A stretch of 44,145 nt of DNA from a virus. The DNA lies in IMG/VR virus record IMGVR_UViG_3300027834_000002, positions 1 through 44,145 of that record. The stretch is one strand, 5' to 3'. The notes beneath the pieces are model-generated. The model was not told the origin of the DNA. It did not search any database and saw only the letters and a list, made by a program, of their open reading frames with translations. Both the position numbers and the translations under genes were made by a program. Positions within the stretch are counted from its first letter, which is position 1; every line of letters begins with the position of its first letter. This document shows, one piece after another, positions 40,938 through 44,145 of the stretch.

Positions 40938-41576
40938 TTAGAATGGTAAATCATCTTCTTCTTGCTGGGCTGGTGGAGTTACTTCCCGCTTGTCTTTTGA
41001 TGGATCTTCATGACCATATGTTGCAGCCATCCTTTCAATACTACTATCTCTATCTTTCACTATCCATTGGTTCATCCACTCTGGATCTGGGTCATCAATC
41101 ATTATCATACTTGGTGTTTCACTAGATTCTACGGTTTGCATACCCTTCATAAGTGGAGTAATTCCGGCAATCTTTGCGAATGTATCACCTCCATCAAAGC
41201 TATCATGAATAACATTGAGCATGCAATTCTTTCCAAGGATATTCTTTAAATCAAAACCATCTTTTTCTTTTTTGGTAAAAGGTCGTGACCTCCATCCTTC
41301 CAAGTCCTTCGCTAAGGTGGCCTTACTACCTAGGGACATTGAATAATATTTCTTAGATATCCTTCCTGGCCTAGTTACTTCTTTACCTGTTTCTTCATCC
41401 GTGTAAGTGTATGATTCGTCCGGGAGTTCCCATATAATCCTTATATGTCTTGATTCTTTATTGTATTTTTCGGACAAATGTGTACCGAGGTCAATTATAG
41501 TGGTACACACTCCACGGTAAACAGCTGCATCTATTATCTTTCGGTCTTCGCTTTCAGATTTTGCAATCAAACTCAT
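40938..41576 (-). CDS. Single-stranded DNA-binding protein candidate (212 aa), T7 gp2.5/DUF669-like, with acidic C-terminal tail
   Basis: The C-terminus ...PPAQQEEDDLPF mimics the SSB interaction tail (E. coli SSB ends DDDIPF; the T7 gp2.5 terminal Phe is essential). It lies next to the Cas4-like nuclease and helicase. Confidence 0.6.
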   Translation of the reverse strand: MSLIAKSESEDRKIIDAAVYRGVCTTIIDLGTHLSEKYNKESRHIRIIWELPDESYTYTDEETGKEVTRPGRISKKYYSMSLGSKATLAKDLEGWRSRPFTKKEKDGFDLKNILGKNCMLNVIHDSFDGGDTFAKIAGITPLMKGMQTVESSETPSMIMIDDPDPEWMNQWIVKDRDSSIERMAATYGHEDPSKDKREVTPPAQQEEDDLPF

Positions 41577-41588
41577 TATTCTCTCCTG

Positions 41589-42096
41589 TTAAAGTTTTAT
41601 TATTTGTTCCGTGAAACATCTTTGGTCTTTACCTGCTTCAATACATGCTTCTTTTGCTGCTATTGCATCTTGCTTTGATTTAAAACGTCCGATGTATTTA
41701 CGTTTCCCTCCTGTTGTGTGCCTAGTTATCCAACAATTTTCAGCTTTACGATAAGACACTCCAGAACAACCTGATGTATTAGCTGTGCTGTTTTGCATAT
41801 TACAATAGTGTGTAACTTCACGTAGATTAATAATTCTATTGTCGCCTTTAATATTATTTATGTGATCAACCTCATACTTCAGGGAAGTAGCCGTGAACAT
41901 ATAACCATGCTAGTCTATGCCCCCTATAACGTTCCCCGTCAATCCAAACCTGGATGTACCCATTAGAGTCAGTGGAATTGAGGATATCACCAGCTTTTGC
42001 ATTCCATTTTCTATCCACCTTTCGAACGAACAACCCGGTAATCTCATTATAATCCAATAATTCTTTCAATCTTTTTTGTGTTAATTTCTTTTTCAT
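41589..42096 (-). pseudogene. HNH/AP2 homing endonuclease split by a +1 frame change (74-aa plus 103-aa fragments)
   Basis: Fragment 1 reads MKKKLTQKRLKELLDYNEITG...HRLAWLYVHGYFPEV* and fragment 2 reads ...YEVDHINNIKGDNRIINLREVTHYCN...SGCSGVSYRKAENCW. Together they are colinear with the intact copy at 38866. The break is near 41872-41900 and is not in a homopolymer. Confidence 0.8.
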
Positions 42097-42105
42097 TACC
42101 TCCTT

Positions 42106-43032
42106 TTATCCTCTTGCAATTAGTTTACCTGATTTCATATCCATCTGTTTACAGGCACTTTCAACTTCACATAACGAGCACTTCCTTCCATCCCATCGCT
42201 GTTCACTACTACAGTATGGAGCATACCCTACTTTAAAAGCTTTGTCAACTTCATTCTCTAAGTCTTTGTAGAATTTTTTTACCTCGCTATCCTTTATCTT
42301 CGGGACGTCTATCATCATAATGTTATCATCTACACCATTGTTCTTTGCTGAAAAAGTGCCACCGTCTCTGACGAATACTTGGAGTTGCATTCTGGATATC
42401 TTGTAACCATTCTCTTCAAGGATCATTCTATAGCAATTCTGTTGTAAGCTTGCACCTCGAAGCTCCCTTCTAGCTAATTCTCTGTCTATAGTTTTAACGT
42501 TAAAGTTCTTTGTTTTAAGTTTACCTGCCTTCATACCTCCTTTATAATATGCTTTGTTACCGTTCTTGTCTAGTGCTGGTATCCTTGTCTTCTTAACTGA
42601 CACTCCCAATATCTGCATAACGTGGAAAGAGCCAAAGAATTTATGATCTATTAAGATATGAGATCCAGGTCTTGATTCGTCTGGCTCTACGAGATCTGCT
42701 GTACCGCTTATCCAATCACTCTTAAGCCTAACCTCAGTTAAAGCTTTAGCTATAGGATATTTCTCTAATTCAGCATGTAAAATACTTCCAAACGTTTGCC
42801 ATACGCTACTATTGATTGATATAGCGTAGTCGGTTGTAGCTTTTAGGAATATTTCTCTTGCCCCATTCCCAGCCATAGACGGGGATACCCCCCTATATTT
42901 TCTTTCACCTGCTACTATATTGAGGTATGACCTGCTAGCACATCTTCTACTTGCTCTACATCCTCTATTTTTTAGGCATTCCTTAATATTTATAACCCCA
43001 CCATCTGGACATATGAATTTAGTTGCTGGCAT
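42106..43032 (-). CDS. Cas4-like/RecB-family PD-(D/E)XK exonuclease with Fe-S cluster cysteines (308 aa)
   Basis: Nuclease motifs are DLVE, ILIDHKF (D/ExK) and QQNCY (QxxxY). The C-terminal CSLCEVESAC is an exact CX2CX5C, and N-terminal Cys residues are also present. Confidence 0.8.
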   Translation of the reverse strand: MPATKFICPDGGVINIKECLKNRGCRASRRCASRSYLNIVAGERKYRGVSPSMAGNGAREIFLKATTDYAISINSSVWQTFGSILHAELEKYPIAKALTEVRLKSDWISGTADLVEPDESRPGSHILIDHKFFGSFHVMQILGVSVKKTRIPALDKNGNKAYYKGGMKAGKLKTKNFNVKTIDRELARRELRGASLQQNCYRMILEENGYKISRMQLQVFVRDGGTFSAKNNGVDDNIMMIDVPKIKDSEVKKFYKDLENEVDKAFKVGYAPYCSSEQRWDGRKCSLCEVESACKQMDMKSGKLIARG

Positions 43033-43196
43033 TATATCCTCTTAATTGAGGCATTGATAGTTATTAGATACCCAGCTATATCTATTTCAATATCATCTAT
43101 ACTGAATTGTTCACCTTTAGTATTCAAGTGAGCCATAATTAGCTTCCTAACTTCTTCGTGACTTATATGAATTGTAGTGTTAGTTGTCTTTATCAT
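43032..43196 (-). CDS. Small hypothetical protein (54 aa, below the track cutoff), paralog of 43225..43419
   Basis: My translation is MIKTTNTTIHISHEEVRKLIMAHLNTKGEQFSIDDIEIDIAGYLITINASIKRI*. Its TAA overlaps the next ATG (TAATG). Confidence 0.6.
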   Translation of the reverse strand: MIKTTNTTIHISHEEVRKLIMAHLNTKGEQFSIDDIEIDIAGYLITINASIKRI

Positions 43197-43224
43197 TTTT
43201 AATTACCTCTATTTGCTATAAACT

Positions 43225-43419
43225 TTACAGTTTTACTGTGCCATGTTCCTTTAGTATTATCAACTTTTTTGTGGTACCTAAATTTATCGTGTATCCAATT
43301 TCATTTGGATCAATGTCGCATTCTTCTATAAATATACCCTCTGTTTTTAGATGATCTATTACTATTTCCATGATTTCTTTACTGTTTATAAGTAATGATT
43401 TCTTTGTCATTTCTATCAT
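43225..43419 (-). CDS. Small hypothetical protein (64 aa; start moved to the SD-led ATG)
   Basis: ATG 43419 follows GGAGGCTTTTAAA and sits just past the dnaB stop. The protein begins MIEMTKKSLLINSKEIMEIVIDHLKTEGIFIEECDIDPNEIGYTINLG... Confidence 0.65.
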   Translation of the reverse strand: MIEMTKKSLLINSKEIMEIVIDHLKTEGIFIEECDIDPNEIGYTINLGTTKKLIILKEHGTVKL

Positions 43420-43420
43420 T

Positions 43421-44145
43421 TTAAAAGCCTCCATAAATAATAGGGTCTTGATCGTATACCTTTTGATATCTACCTTCAAATGCCAGCGTTGAGTGCCATA
43501 ATTCGCCATCTCTTGCTTTGAGACATGCTATATCAAGGTTACTTGATCCTCTAGTCTCGGTATGGAGCATTAAGCATATATCTGCGTCGGCTTCGAGGCT
43601 TCCTGAATCTCTAAGACCGCTTAATCTTGGTCTCTTGTTTTCAATATCCCTCCTTAATTGAGCTAATGCTATGACAGGTGTATTGTATTCCTTGGCCATG
43701 GATTTCAATGCACTACTAATTATCCCAAGCTCAAGATTTCTATTACCTGTACGAGCTTTAACATACATTAACTGCACATAATCTATAAATATAGCTGATA
43801 CTTTATTATTCATAGTGTATGAAGCTATAAAGGACTCTACATTCTCAAGCGCTTTGAAGAAAGGTTTATCTATTACAACAGTATTAGATTTACTAACAAT
43901 ATTTAACGCATTGTTTAGTTTATCCATTTCACTATCGTTTAGATCAGCCTTTTTAAGGTTAGTTAAATTTATAAGGCCTATACTGGCTAACCTACGCATC
44001 ATAACAGCTTCGGAACTCATTTCAAGCGAAAAAAACACACACTTCCCATCATAATGTTTCGATATATATTCTATCATATTTAATGCTAATGCTGTTTTAC
44101 CTATAGATGGTCTAGCTGCAATTAATGTTAAAGTCTTGGGCTCAA
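43421..44145 (-). CDS. dnaB: Replicative DNA helicase DnaB, C-terminal part (continues from 1..689 across the junction)
   Basis: RecA-like core motifs: CVFFSLEMS, IFIDYVQLM (Walker B), VIALAQLRRDIE and SGLRDSGSLEADADI. The frame stays open to the window end and matches bases 1-127. Confidence 0.9.
   Translation of the reverse strand, partial: EPKTLTLIAARPSIGKTALALNMIEYISKHYDGKCVFFSLEMSSEAVMMRRLASIGLINLTNLKKADLNDSEMDKLNNALNIVSKSNTVVIDKPFFKALENVESFIASYTMNNKVSAIFIDYVQLMYVKARTGNRNLELGIISSALKSMAKEYNTPVIALAQLRRDIENKRPRLSGLRDSGSLEADADICLMLHTETRGSSNLDIACLKARDGELWHSTLAFEGRYQKVYDQDPIIYGGF
44019..44145. repeat. Right copy of the exact 127-bp terminal overlap
   Basis: Identical to 1-127. Confidence 0.95.

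Noticed and set aside
1-44145. Alternative genetic code (UGA or UAG reassignment)
   Set aside because: ORFs up to 1137 aa are intact under the standard code. TAA, TGA and TAG all occur as stops placed exactly at the next gene's SD or start (TAATG, ATGA and GTGA junctions). The single in-frame extension after the tail-fibre TGA is reported only as a weak finding.
1-44145. Lysogeny module or integrated prophage borders
   Set aside because: There is no integrase, recombinase, repressor-like divergent gene pair or att-like flanks. The sequence closes on itself, consistent with a virulent phage or free replicon.

Overview
The window is a complete, circularly closed assembly of an AT-rich tailed-phage genome with podovirus-like, T7-like gene order. 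Bases 1-127 are identical to 44019-44145, so the unique length is 44,018 bp, and the contig break falls inside dnaB. Every credible gene is on the minus strand and Shine-Dalgarno sites (GGAGG) are common. Read in the direction of transcription, the genome has three blocks. (1) About 25 small early ORFs (6142 down to 686), including a tandem paralog family. (2) Replication, recombination and nucleotide metabolism genes, running across the junction and from 44 kb down to 31.5 kb. These are DnaB, a Cas4-like Fe-S nuclease, an SSB-like protein ending DDLPF, a short ThyA-family enzyme, a resolvase-like nuclease, a metallophosphoesterase, an M15-like peptidase, class II RNR and three HNH/AP2 homing endonucleases, two of them frameshifted. 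(3) Packaging and virion genes from 31.2 kb down to 7.4 kb. These are TerS, TerL, portal, scaffold, major capsid, a beta-helix protein, tail-tubular-like proteins, a Cys-rich protein, large internal proteins and a tail fibre, ending at a strong intrinsic terminator (7381-7421). I recognise no DNA polymerase, primase, RNA polymerase, integrase, tRNA or CRISPR. The most unusual element is the 1.28-kb non-coding region 6143-7425 between the end of the late genes and the start of the early genes. It contains short iterons, a strongly G-over-C-skewed degenerate RTTAGG(T/G) array with a GATC cluster, a perfect 42-bp inverted repeat made of twin hairpins, and G-quadruplex motifs on opposite strands. 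It is probably the terminus/pac/origin/early-promoter region. A second hairpin-rich ORF-free stretch of 760 bp (36763-37522) is also unexplained. All product calls come from motif reading by eye and no database search was run.
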